NCBI GenBank assembly: GCA_010909165.1
Contig: MU008173.1
Span: 620,001 to 684,000, forward strand
Direction of reading: 5' to 3'
DNA length: 64,000 nucleotides
Source: Anthoceros angustus
Lineage: Eukaryota > Plantae > Anthocerotophyta
Numbering within the stretch: the first letter of the stretch is position 1; each line of letters opens with the position of its first letter. A program made the position numbers and the translations under genes. Positions 35,564 through 47,289 of this stretch are shown in pieces. The notes beneath the pieces were generated by a model. It was given only the letters and a program-made list of their open reading frames with translations. It had not been told where the DNA came from and searched no databases.

Positions 35564-36524
35564 ATGGGGAATCGGAGGGATTTCAAGTGGGGAGATGCTG
35601 CGGACGAGGACGATGGAATCGACGGAGTGCTGCCTCCGATGCAGGTGATCGGGCCTGACGAGAAGGGTATCAAGGTGATCACGGAGTGGCGGAAGAATGA
35701 TGACGGCATGCGCGTTAAGGTCACCAAAACGGTGCGAGTGAAGAAGCAAGTGAAGAAGCTGACTCCGGCGGTGATAAGGCGGCGCCAGCTGAAGAAGTTT
35801 GGGGATGCTGTGGGACAGAACGCGTCAGACAACCTCACGGTGGTGTCCACGGAGGAGATCTTTCTGGAGCGGACAAGGCCGGCCGGGTCTTCGAAGCCGG
35901 AAGAGAAGTCCGGCGATCTTGCCACTTTAGGGAACGCGTCTCTTATTGTTTGCAGGACTTGCGGGAAGAAGGGCGACCACTGGACCTCCAAGTGTCCCTT
36001 CAAGGAGTTTGCAGCTACCAGAGGTCTCAGTTTGGGAGATAAGCCTCCTGGCGATGATGACTTGGGAGCGTTTTCAACACCAAGCCTTGCCAGTGGCGGC
36101 AAGGGCTCTTACGTACCTCCGAGCATGAGGGCCGGCACGAAGAACGAGGGAGAAAGCATGAGGAGGGGTAGGGATGACAACTCCATTAGGGTTACTAATC
36201 TTTCAGAGGACACCAGAGAGCAAGATCTGCAAGAGCTGTTCAGGCCATTTGGACCTATTTCTCGCATCTATGTTGCTTTTGACCGTGACACGGGTCTGAG
36301 CAGAGGGTTTGCCTTCATCAATTTTGTCAACAGGTATGTGTATAAGTTTCTACTTGCCTTTGTGCGTTGGTTGGAATGTGTGTGCTGCCTCATTGTTGAC
36401 TGTGTTTCGCATTGCTGAGTGCAGGGATGATGCTGTCCGAGCAATTAACAAACTTGACGGTTATGGTTATGACAACCTCATTTTGCGAGTGGAGTGGGCG
36501 ACACCGAGGAGTGAGAGATCTTGA
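35564..36524 (+). CDS. eIF3g: Translation initiation factor 3 subunit G, 2 exons (35564-36333, 36425-36524)
   Basis: FKWGD, zinc knuckle CRTCGKKGDHWTSKCP, YVPPSMR and the C-terminal RRM (IRVTNLSEDTRE...RGFAFINF...GYGYDNLILRVEWA). Confidence 0.96.
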
Positions 36525-36993
36525 CAAGTAGAAGTGTAGGATTCCTATGAAGAAATAGAAACTGTGTGATAGGCTGCCAGGGCCTTGAGTTGCAGTTGCA
36601 TGATTCGGCCCGTCAGTTCAGAATCGGAAATTGCAATTACGTCCGTCCGGAACGTGGAAACACAGCGGATAACGTCCATTCCGAACGCTATGCTGGACCC
36701 TTACTTTGCAATGGGGGTTCTTGTTTTGCTACGGGGTATTTTAGAGCACTGTGAGATCGATGAGTTTTTGCTGCTCCACAGTTTTCCCTCTCTAGTTGGC
36801 GGTGACAGGGCAAGAACGGGGCCGTGGAACAGACACTAGAGCTCAATTCCCAGCCTTGCGTTGACGACGTTTGATTGAGCAGACCTTCCCAGGTTAACCA
36901 TGTGTAACTTGGAAATCATGTACACTTTGGAGAGCCAGGCCAGCGCAAGAAAGAGGAAGGATCCTGGTTCGTCCTGGTAGTGTGGTTGCTTCG

Positions 36994-37096
36994 TCGTCCC
37001 TTTTTGTGTTGGTTCCTCGTCCCTTTTTGTGTTGGTTCCTCGTCCCTTTTTGTGTTGGTTCCTCGTCCCTTTTTGTGTTGGTTCCTCGTCCCTTTT
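36994..37096. repeat. 23-bp minisatellite, about 4.5 copies
   Basis: TCGTCCCTTTTTGTGTTGGTTCC at 36994, 37017, 37040 and 37063; partial copy at 37086. Confidence 0.97.
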
Positions 37097-38265
37097 ATGT
37101 GTGTCCATACATGGCTGTTTGTTGATGATGTATCTTTGTGTGTGGTGGAGACTGTCGTCGAACTTTGTGACGCCTACCACGCCTACCTTGAGTAATCCAG
37201 CACCTCTAGCCTCAATTACATGCCCCATCCCCGTTGGCTAATTGCTTGCTACACACCCTGCTAACATAACATAGCCGTTCAACCAGGCCGTAGGTTTACG
37301 GAGGGAGCGCCAGTAAAGGTGCCTCACTTTCACGGCAATTCCTTCTCTAACAGTACATATATATTTATATACAGTTATAAAATATGCTTGTTATCACCCT
37401 CAACTAACCCTCAAACTCTCGCGAAACTCTCTCTAGAGATCTCTTCACACATCAGTGTTGATGGAAAAAGTTAGTACCTAGCACTATGTACCCTGATTGA
37501 AAAGGTTAGTAGAGTGTAAATGAAAACAAAACATACTTATTAAACCTTGATTGAAATAACTAGCAAGAGTGTAAATTGGAAAATATAGTAAGAGTGTGGG
37601 TGGGAAAGATTAACATGAATATAAGTAAGGAAGTATGCTTAGTAGGAGTATAAATGACAAAGTGAAATATACCTATGAAGCCGTGATTGAAAAGGTTTGC
37701 AAGAGTGTAAACCGGGAGTTTATGAGTTTGCGTAAACCTTCAAAATGGTAGGGCTTGGTGTGGATTCTGCGATTGTGTAGCTATGATCAGGACCCTCTTT
37801 ACTTGTATCTATCGTCATTATATTCTTCGCTTGTGATTACGTTAGCTTCTCAAATATATGTGGGTGTAGTGTAATGATTTATCTCACCTAGATAGCTGTA
37901 AAAGCTATGTGAAAAGAAAGTCTCTCTTGTCCAATAGAAGGTGAAAACTAATGGGCAAATTCACTTGAAAAAAGTATTGTTGTCTTGAATAATGGAAGAA
38001 CGTTTAAGGTGATATCTCACCGTCTTCGAGATGTGCACTTCATTATCTAGCCTAAAACGTGAGAAGAAGAGTCTTTTGATTCCGATCCAAGTGAAGCATA
38101 GAGCTAATCATCAGTACCTCTTGAAGCCAGCACTTCATACCCAGGGGATTTTCCAAGCGACCGCACATGAAAGATAGCATATGCGGGCAGGATCAACTGG
38201 GTAGAGCGTTATCGACATCGGACGGCGTCAGGCGAGGAGCAGCGATGAGTGGATCAAACACTGGT

Positions 38266-38271
38266 CACGTG
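38266..38271. promoter_or_regulatory. G-box (CACGTG) upstream of plastid EF-Tu
   Basis: Perfect CACGTG about 255 bp upstream of the tufA ATG. Motif presence only. Confidence 0.35.
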
Positions 38272-38524
38272 GCCCTAAAACCTCCCAAATAGCCTCATCC
38301 GCGGCTGTCACTCCTCCGATGAGCTGATCGGACGGCCATCGGCGGTGCGCAACGGGTGGCCCGTCCACTACCCTTCCTCTCTAGCTCCTGCCGCGCCCGC
38401 GATCTCTTTCTCGTACTGCCTTGCCCGCCCGCTCCCCTTCTGCTCTGCTCTCGTGTGCTCTGCCTCGCGCCGCGCCCAGCCGCAGCGCAGTGTGCATTCG
38501 GCAACGCCTGGGAGCTCCGCGGAG

Positions 38525-39001
38525 ATGGCGTGCTGCGCGTCCGTGAGCAGGGCGGCCCTGTGCATGCCCTCGGTGTCCGGCAGCGCCGCCACGCCGTCGT
38601 CGCAGAAGCAGGCCGCCAGCCTAGGGCTCGCCCCGCTCAAGAATGCCGCGGCCCTCAGCTCCGCATCCGCCTTCTCGCACACCGAGGGCCTGCGCGTGGC
38701 CGGGAGGAGAGTGATCGGCGGCCGCAGCTACCACCTGGTGGTGCCGCGGGCCGCCAGGGGGAAGTTTGAGCGGACCAAGCCGCACGTGAACATCGGCACC
38801 ATCGGCCATGTCGACCACGGCAAGACTACGCTCACCGCCGCCCTCACCATGGCTCTGGGAGCGCCTAAGAAGTACGACGAGATCGATGCCGCGCCGGAGG
38901 AGCGGGCTCGCGGCATCACCATCAACACTGCCACGGTGGAGTATGAGACGGAGAGCAGGCACTACGCGCACGTGGACTGCCCCGGGCACGCTGATTACGT
39001 G

Positions 39002-39036
<35 letters not shown>

Positions 39037-39976
39037 AGCCATTCTGGTGGTGTCCGGCGCCGACGGGCCCATGCCGCAGACGAAGGAGCACATTCTGCTG
39101 GCCAAGCAGGTCGGGGTACCTAACATGGTGGTGTTTTTGAACAAGCAGGACCAAGTGGATGATGAGGAGTTGTTGGAGCTGGTGGACATGGAGATGCGGG
39201 AGCTGCTGAACTCGTACGAATTCCCCGGTGATGAGGTGCCTATTGTGAGTGGCTCCGCGCTGCTTGCGTTGGAGGCACTTACCAGTGCCATCACCGCTGG
39301 GAAGACTATTGCCAAGGGCGAGGACAAGTGGGTGGATAAGATCTACGAGCTGATGGAGAAAGTGGACGAGTACATTCCTGTGCCTCAGAGGCAGACGGAC
39401 CTGCCTTTCCTCATGGCTATCGAGGATGTGTTTTCCATTACTGGAAGAGGTACTGTGGCCACCGGCAGGGTGGAGAGGGGGACTATCAAGGTGGGAGAGG
39501 TTGTGGAGATTGTGGGACTCAAGAACACGAGGAGTACGACTGTCACCGGATTGGAGATGTTCCAGAAGATTCTGGAGGAGGCATTGGCCGGTGACAACTG
39601 TGGTATGCTTCTGAGGGGTATTCAAAAGGACGATATCCAGAGGGGTATGGTGCTGGCCAAGCCTGGAACTATTTTGCCTCACAGCAAGTTCGAGGCCTCC
39701 GTGTACATCTTGAAGAAAGAGGAGGGCGGCAGGCACTCACCGTTCTTCTGTGGCTACAAGCCTCAGTTTTACATGAGGACGACTGATGTGACTGGCTCTG
39801 TCATTGAAGTTGAGAATGACAAGGGTGAGGAGACCAAGATGATCATGCCTGGGGACAGAGTGAAGATGACTGTCCAGCTCATTATGCCCGTCGCCGTTGA
39901 GCAGAAGATGAGGTTTGCTATCAGGGAAGGAGGCAAGACAGTTGGTGCCGGAGTCATCTCCAAGGTTTGTGACTAG
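38525..39976 (+). CDS. tufA: Nuclear-encoded plastid elongation factor Tu with transit peptide
   Basis: A Ser/Ala-rich transit peptide precedes [40 protein letters not shown] and [13 protein letters not shown]. Intronless, 483 aa. Confidence 0.97.
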
Positions 39977-40447
39977 AAACGTTTGTTAAACCGGTGGGAA
40001 AGATCCATGTCCTGCCTGTTGGTACAATGCAGTTAGGGAGCCATTTTTTTTTTGCAGGCTTAGCAAATCCCCTTCAATGGTTAGGAACATGACTCGAATT
40101 CGATATACGTGTTGAATCCTCAAGCCCTCGTTGTGGCTCCTGTAGATAGTGTTGAACGGGTGTCCCCGATGTATGCCGCCTGTCGGCTTAGGGAGTCTTT
40201 TTCTCTAGTTGCCAATCTGCCGTACCCTGTCTTAGGTCGTCCCCTGGCGAGATATCTGGTCAGTTCGTCGCGTAACCCCTGAGAAGACTAGATATTTCTA
40301 ATCTTCGCAAGTCGCGACTACCGCATACTCGGTCTAGACAAAGTACAGTAGGTGATAAAAAATTTGGTGCCTAATAGAGCACGTAAACTGTAATAGAACA
40401 ATTCCCAAAACGCTTTACATTCCAAGAATGTGAAACGAAATTGCCGC

Positions 40448-42580
40448 CTATGAATATCGGATGGGGCCATCCAGACTTCCATCTGCGAACTGCGACCACA
40501 AGATAGGCCACGAGCTCAGAGAACCGTTGCAGTACGAGAGGTAACTTAGCAAGAGAACGGGACATACCTGTCTGACAATTGGACTGGTTGTATGATCAAA
40601 CTCGGAGGTTTTGCCCTCCCAAACCACACGGCCTTCATGGAGGAAGAGAAGCCTGTTCCAACAGATTCCGGTGAGCAAATAAGAGGGGTTGAGAACGACA
40701 ACTATCAATAAGAACGTGTCCAAGAGCTGCAGACTTGAGGATGCGTGGTACCTGTCCACTGCCCGCCTGATTGTACTGTGTTGATGAGTAACAACCACAT
40801 AAGAGGCTATTTTCCCAGGTTTACCCCTTGCATCGTTGCCCTTTGTATGCATTGATCGTATCAGATCTTCCACGACAGTCGATGCAATTGGGTCAAGCCC
40901 AGCTGTAGGTTCATCATACATCACAACCTGGAACAGTTTTGTGTCACTTCAGTGAATACCCTTAAGGCTATAAGAACGAAGCTACATGTCAGTGTGTTAG
41001 AAATGATGTCAGGGATCTCCAGGCTCCCTGAACTTTATGTTACCTCAGGCTCCTGGCGCTCGCTCTCTTGGTTGTCAGAGATGATTGCTCGAGCCAGAGC
41101 CACCCGTTTCTTCATACCACCTGAGAGCTCTGCGGGATAGCGGTCTTCTACATTCTGCAGGTATAGAAAAGATCAGTTGGAGACATGATGTGACAGCCCG
41201 TACAGTTCTGCTCAATTGGTTATACCACAACAACTATGCTGATAAGTTAGTCCCAAACTACAGAAACTAACTATGGAGACCAACCTTCAATCCCACAGCT
41301 GCTAGACTTTCAGTAACTAGCTCCGCTATCGTTTCATCTGAAAGATTGGAGTGTTCATACCTGTACAAGCATAATCATTTCCATAAAGTTGCACCAACAT
41401 TGGAGGTCAAATCCAAACACAGGGTAGCAGAACTCACAGCATGAAACCGACATTCTCTCGAACAGTCAAGGAGTCGAAAAGTGCAGCACTTTGGAAAACC
41501 TGCGATTTGTTTCAAAGTGATTTGTGAATTGACGGATCTGACAAAATGACTGCAGCTTCACAGCATCGACTGCAAATAATCTAGACATGGACAGAGGCGA
41601 CAGACCAGGCCAATTCGAAGCCCTGAAAGCTCTTCATCACTGATAAGGCCATGTCGTAATTTGCCACAAATGTACACCTCACCCTAGACACATCCAGGAA
41701 AACATTAGCAGATTTCCAAGTTCGCACTGCCAAAGGTAACTCGTGACACAGTGGAGCATGCATCAGTTAATTTGGGGAGCTTGACGACTCTACATCACAA
41801 CTTTCAAAACCTACATGACCTCCTTGAATCGTTGGCCAAATCTCACCTTATCGGGTGCAAGGAGCCCAGCCATTATTCGGAGTACTGTGCTTTTGCCTGT
41901 TCCTGAAGGGCCAATGATGCCAACTGCCTCCCCATTTCGGATCTTTCAAAAGTAAACACAACAGCAATCTGCAAATATGTGAACAGTTGTGGACATAGTG
42001 GGAGGAAAAACAAAAGGACTATGTAAAGTACACCGTTGATTAGTGCTATCTGGCATAGCAAGTAGGGTGAAGCCATAATGCAAGTTTGCTTGTGGAAGCA
42101 CAGACCCACCTTAAAACTTGCTCCCCTAAGAATGTGCTTCTCCCCAAATGATTTGTACACATTTCGGCATTCTATGAGGATATCCTCATCGCCATTGTCG
42201 GGTTCTCTTGATCCGACTGTATCACCTACTTCCATAGCATAAGATTGCTGCAGCGTCATCACATTTGGCAAATTAAAATCGAAGGACACTTTGCAGCTAA
42301 AACAACAACAGTTTCCTCCTTAGATTAGGAGGTCTTCCTGAACACACATGCCATTGGTCTGCAAGAAATGATGCAACATGCTGGAGGTATCTATGGCAAT
42401 CACACTTTGAATCAAGGAGATACAGTTACCAAGCAGCATCCAATACATTGGCATCCATAAGGATTCACGGGATATACTAGGAATGGAAGAGGCCTTTCCA
42501 TTCTGAAAGGAAGGGCTGACACATTTGATCCTAACGACAAAGAGTGTTTGTTTGTTTCCACCAAGGCCTGCAGCTATCAT
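40448..42580 (-). CDS. TGD3: TGD3/ABCI13 plastid lipid ABC-transporter ATPase, multi-exon; 5' exon(s) uncertain
   Basis: IECRNVYKSFGEKHILRGASFK / IRNGEAVGIIGPSGTGKST / VFQSAALFDSL / LSGGMKKRVALAR / YDEPTAGLDPIASTVVEDLIRS / FADGSLDGPIRY. The start at 42580 is only a candidate. Confidence 0.9.
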
Positions 42581-42593
42581 GATAACGAAGCCT

Positions 42594-43716
42594 CTAGAAC
42601 TTGTTTGCCACGAGAATGGCCTGCCTGCAATGCAGCTTCACCACCTCAAGGCTTTCAAGCAACTTGGATCGCTCTTGGGCCGCACTCACTACTTCCAGAC
42701 CCTTTCGCAAAGAGCCTATAGATGTACGGAAATCAGATAGCAACTGCTCATCTACTCCAGTTTGAATGTCTGGATTCTCAAATTCCTCGATGACTCGCTC
42801 AATCACTGCATCACCTGCGGCAGCTATCATCTGGCCACTCCCAAAAGGCCGATCTAAAACCCCTCCATAGACCATAAGAAGATCTGCAACTACGTATCCC
42901 TTGCCCTTTTTCAACGGTACTGTTTTGGTATTAGAGTACATTCCAGCAGCTACCTTTGCTTCCTCCACTGTAGGCCCCGCTTCTTCACTCCTGGGATCAG
43001 ATTCTCTCCGACTATCATCTTCAAGAAATGCGTCCTTTGCAGCCCCATTTGGACTTGATTCAACTTCGGTGACAGATTCCTCAGTAAAACCACGAGAATC
43101 TGTGGTGGATAAATCAGCATTTGTGCTGGAAACTGCTTCTTCAGAGAAAGCAATGGACTCTGTGGCGGAAAGATCAGGGTTTACTTTCAGAGACCTGATG
43201 TACCCGGATATGAGACTGCAAACAGCTGTCATTTCTGAGGGCAGTCGAAGTACTTACCAGTGTTGCCGGAGAATCTTGGTGCCCAATTTTGTGCTCTCCT
43301 CCTCCCCTGAAGACCTAGCGGGAGTTTGTGGCCAGGGCGAAACGAGGACTGCGCTGCATAATTCCCGAAAGTGGAGACATCTGCTAAGAGTCCCTGCACA
43401 TGCAACATTCCCAGAAAATCGAACTCGTTCCAATACTGCGCGAATTCTGAAACTGGTCAAAGCAGCCCACAATGCAGTCGCCTTAAGGAAGCATCAAAAT
43501 CTGTCTGAGTAGGATGTAACGAACCAAACCCACCAACCAACGAGCAGGACGAGGTAAGCGTAGGTAACTTACCAGTCGAGAAGACGGGGAGCTGACCACA
43601 TTCCAGGCAGCACCAGAAATCTGATGGTTCTGCTGAGCTTGCACTGCGGCTGTTCGTGGAGGTGGTGCTCCTGAGTTTGGCAGGAGCGAGAGAGCAGGAG
43701 AGGACATAGCATCCAT
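42594..43716 (-). CDS. Uncharacterised protein (acidic region plus helical C-terminal domain), probably 3 exons, possibly organelle-targeted
   Basis: Open exon of 212 codons at 42594-43232 (...VADLLMVYGGVLDRPFGSGQMIAAAGDAVIERV...), with GTAAGT donors near 43572 and 43254 and ATGs at 43716 and 43712. Family not recognised. Confidence 0.55.
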
Positions 43717-44237
43717 TTAAACGCAAGATACCGACCGGTCGGCAATGGAAGCACAATTGAGTCAAGTCTGAGGTTCGGCGCGGCTGATGGCTAATGAAAG
43801 GCGAAGACAGTGGGGACTGGAGTAGGTAGTTGCCGGAGCCAGCGAATCCGGCATCGGATCAACAAAAGGCCCACATTCCCGATAAAATACATAAACTCGT
43901 TCGATCAATTCAAAGTTATTTGAGATCCTCCTTTTTCCTGCATGAGCATACTGTGTCCACATTGGTATCTCAGATTGGTTTAGTTTGTAATCTTATGAAG
44001 GTTGCACAGGGGTTGTAACACTAGTTGAAGGTCTTCGAAAACGTGATGGTTATAACACCACCTATTTGAAGGTCTTCTAACACGTGATTATGTTCGTAGG
44101 TGTCCCTGAGATAATGTGAATATAGGAAACACTATCAAGCTACTTGTATTCCTTTGTCTGAACTCCAAAGAAGTAGCCTGTCCTACACCTATCCTGTGTC
44201 TTACACACTTTGAGCACTGGCTACCTCTTCCGTATTC

Positions 44238-47200
44238 TCAAGGTCGACCCTTACAACTGCAAGAGCCAGCTGCGAATCGATGCACACGGTCCCCATCCCT
44301 TACAACAATGTCTCTCTGTTCAAGCCTTGACATGATCTCCGTGGAACTGTGGCAGTCACTGCACATGCGTAGATTCTTCGTTACCACAAGAGGTGTCGCA
44401 CTCGGAGTGTTCAAGAGACCAAACGCCAGAGCTAGTTTCTCAGCATGCCCACAGAGCGCATCTTCCTTTTCCTTCTCAGACAGTGGCTTCGACACCAATT
44501 TTGTATGAGGTACGTGGCCTCCTTCCTGCTTAAGACGTGCATTCGTGCTCTCTACCTTAAACGCAAGATCATCTCGCCTTTCTCCCACCGCAAATGTATG
44601 TACCTGCTTCTCCACCTCAATGGTCGCCACTGCAGGTTTCTTGTTAGCTCCTGCTGCCCTCCGCTGTGTTTCAATCCTGTCTACATCGGTCCACCTACCT
44701 GCATCTGCGTAGGCATTGGCCATGAGCACGTACGCAGACGCATGCTGAGGGTCCAGCCTAACAATGCTTTCAAAACACCACGTCGCCCTCTCAATATCCC
44801 CGTGACTTTTGCAGGCATTCAACAAAGACGATAATACCACAATATCACTTTGGCCGTCACATGACAATAGCACCTTCTCCGCCTCAACTAAATGGCCCGC
44901 ACGCCCAAGAAGATCAAACATGCAGGTGTAATGCTCCATAGTAGCCTTGAAGCCATGCCATGGAATCAAAGTACTTGCGACCGTCGTGGACTAGTCCCTC
45001 GTGACTGCATGCGACTAGAAGGCAAGTAAAAGTAGCACCATCAGGCGGAATACCAGCGACTAACATCTCCTCAAAACAAGCTAGTGCCCTCTGACCATCA
45101 TCAAAATTAGCATACCCAGCTATTGCTGTGCATACCCAGATATCAGGGCGGTCCATGTCACCACATCTTTTCTCTTCATGCTGTCAAAAACCTGGCGTGC
45201 ATCTTCCAGTTCACCACATTTTGAATACATGTTCACCAAGCAGGTGCCCAACACTAAGTTATCCAGCAGCCCTCTTTTAACAATCTCTGAGTGCAGCTGC
45301 CTGCCCTTCTGTGACGCACCAATGCTTCCACAGGCCTTCAGAAGGCACGCTAATGTAAAATCCTCAGCCGAAATGAGGCCAGCCTCCTCCATTTGTCCAT
45401 ACACAACAAGCGCCTCTTGGCCAAGCCCTTGCTGTGCATTTCCAGATATCAGGGCGGTCCATGTCACCACATCCTTTCTCTTCATGCTGTCAAAAACCTG
45501 GCGTGCATCTTCCAATTCACCACATTTTGCATACATGTCCACCAGGCACGTGCCCAACAGTACGTTATCCAGCAGTCCTCTTTTGACAATCTGTGAGTGC
45601 AGCTGCCTGCCCTTCTGCATGGCACCAGTGCTTCCACAGGCCTTCAAAAGGCAAGAAAAAGTAACGTGGTTAGCCAAAATTAGCCCGTCGGGCTCCATTT
45701 GTCCGTACAGACCAAGTGCCTCATGCCCCAGTCCATGCTGTGCATAACCAGCAAGCAGGGCATTCCATGTCACCACATCCTTTGTGGCCATGCTGTCAAA
45801 AACCTGGCGTGCCTCTTGCAATTCACCACGTTTTGAATACCCCGATATCAGGGCATTCCATGTCACCACATCCTTGGCGGCCATGCTGTCAAAAATCCAG
45901 CGTGCATCTTTCAGTTCACCACATTTTGCGTACCCAGGTATCAGGGCATTCCAGGTCACCACGTCCTTTGTGGCCATGCTGTCAAAAACCTGCCGTGCCT
46001 CTTTCAGTTCGCCACATTTTGCATACATGTACACCAAGGAGTTGTCAACAAACAAGTCAGAAGGAATGCCACTGTGCAAAACATCACAGTGAACCTTTCT
46101 GCCAGATTCTAAGTCTACGGCAAATGCACAAGCCTGAAGAGCAGCTACATAGACATGACCGTTCGCCTTCACCCCTAACCTACGCATTTCATGGTACAGT
46201 TGTATGGCTCCTTAGGTTTTCCATCCTTAGTATATTGCAGAGATAATGGAAAAGCACTTGGCGGCATCTGGTTTGAGCACCCTGGTGAACACATCCATTG
46301 CCTCCTTTAACCTACCTCCAGAAGCATACATGCGCAAAATATGGTACGCCAAGGATGCATTCAAATCGTACCCCAGTTTGACAGTGAGATCATGTACTCG
46401 TCGTCCAACAGCCAGATCCTTCCTAGCTGTAGACAGTTTCAGCACAGTGCAAAACAGAGAATGTGAAATGGCAGAGTCTGTCTGCGCCAGAGATTCCAGG
46501 GCTCCAACGGCCTCAGAAAGCTTCCCCTGCTGACATAGCGTGCTCACATTTTCAGCCGTAGCCACGCTCATTTCTGATGCTACACACTTGCCAGGTTCAG
46601 GCTTATCCGGAGAGCTGGATTCGGAAGGAGAGGCACCATTTCCCATCTGCATATCCAAGGAAACGAGCTGCTCATCAACCCAAGCTGGCTTAAACAAGTG
46701 GTTTAAGCCTTAAGCCCGGCGAGATGCTATAGCATCTCGCCGGACCCCTTACGCCGGAAGTCAGGCGAACGGGAGCTCTTCTCATCTCGTCTGTTACCCC
46801 ACCACATGGTAGGGTCCAGAAAAAATTGTTGCCACAAGCGCTCCTGCTCCTGACCACGACCATCGCTGGACTCGGGAGCAGAGGCATCATAACCCATCAG
46901 CATAGCCAAGGAAACGAGCTGCTCATCAACCCAAGCTGGCTCAAACAGGTTGTCTAACCACAGCACATCGCCGGAACCCTTACGCCGGAAGTCAGGCCAA
47001 CGAGAGCTCTTCTTATCTTGCCTGTTGTCCCTCCACATCGTAGGGTCCAGAAAAAATTGTTGCCACAAGTGCTCCTGCTCCTGGCAACGACCATCATTGG
47101 ATAACCCGTCCCCACCCACAGTTGTTCTCGGAAGTGAGTGCTGGGCTCCTTACACTGCTGCACCTGGAGGCTTGGTTTCCCAGAGCTTGACTCCCTAAGA

Positions 47201-47289
47201 TGAGCAGAAGCAGGAGCTCCTCGTAGAATCCCTGTACGCACACCAATTTGTTGGCTCCACAACGAGTCCGGTTGACATACTGTGGCCAT
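44238..47289 (-). pseudogene. PLS-class PPR gene with N-terminal OSB-type PDF motifs and E1-E2-DYW:KP (GRP-ending) domain; disrupted in this assembly
   Basis: Transit-peptide-like start (47289), two PDF motifs, then PLS/SS repeats, P2-L2-S2, E1/E2 and the DYW:KP domain KKPAVATIEV...GHAEKLA...CSDCH...CSCKGRP*. Frame breaks near 47120, 46700, 46230, 45120 and 44960. Confidence 0.9.

Noticed and set aside
36994-37096. CRISPR-like array
   Set aside because: Units are directly adjacent with no unique spacers, and the context is eukaryotic nuclear with no cas genes.
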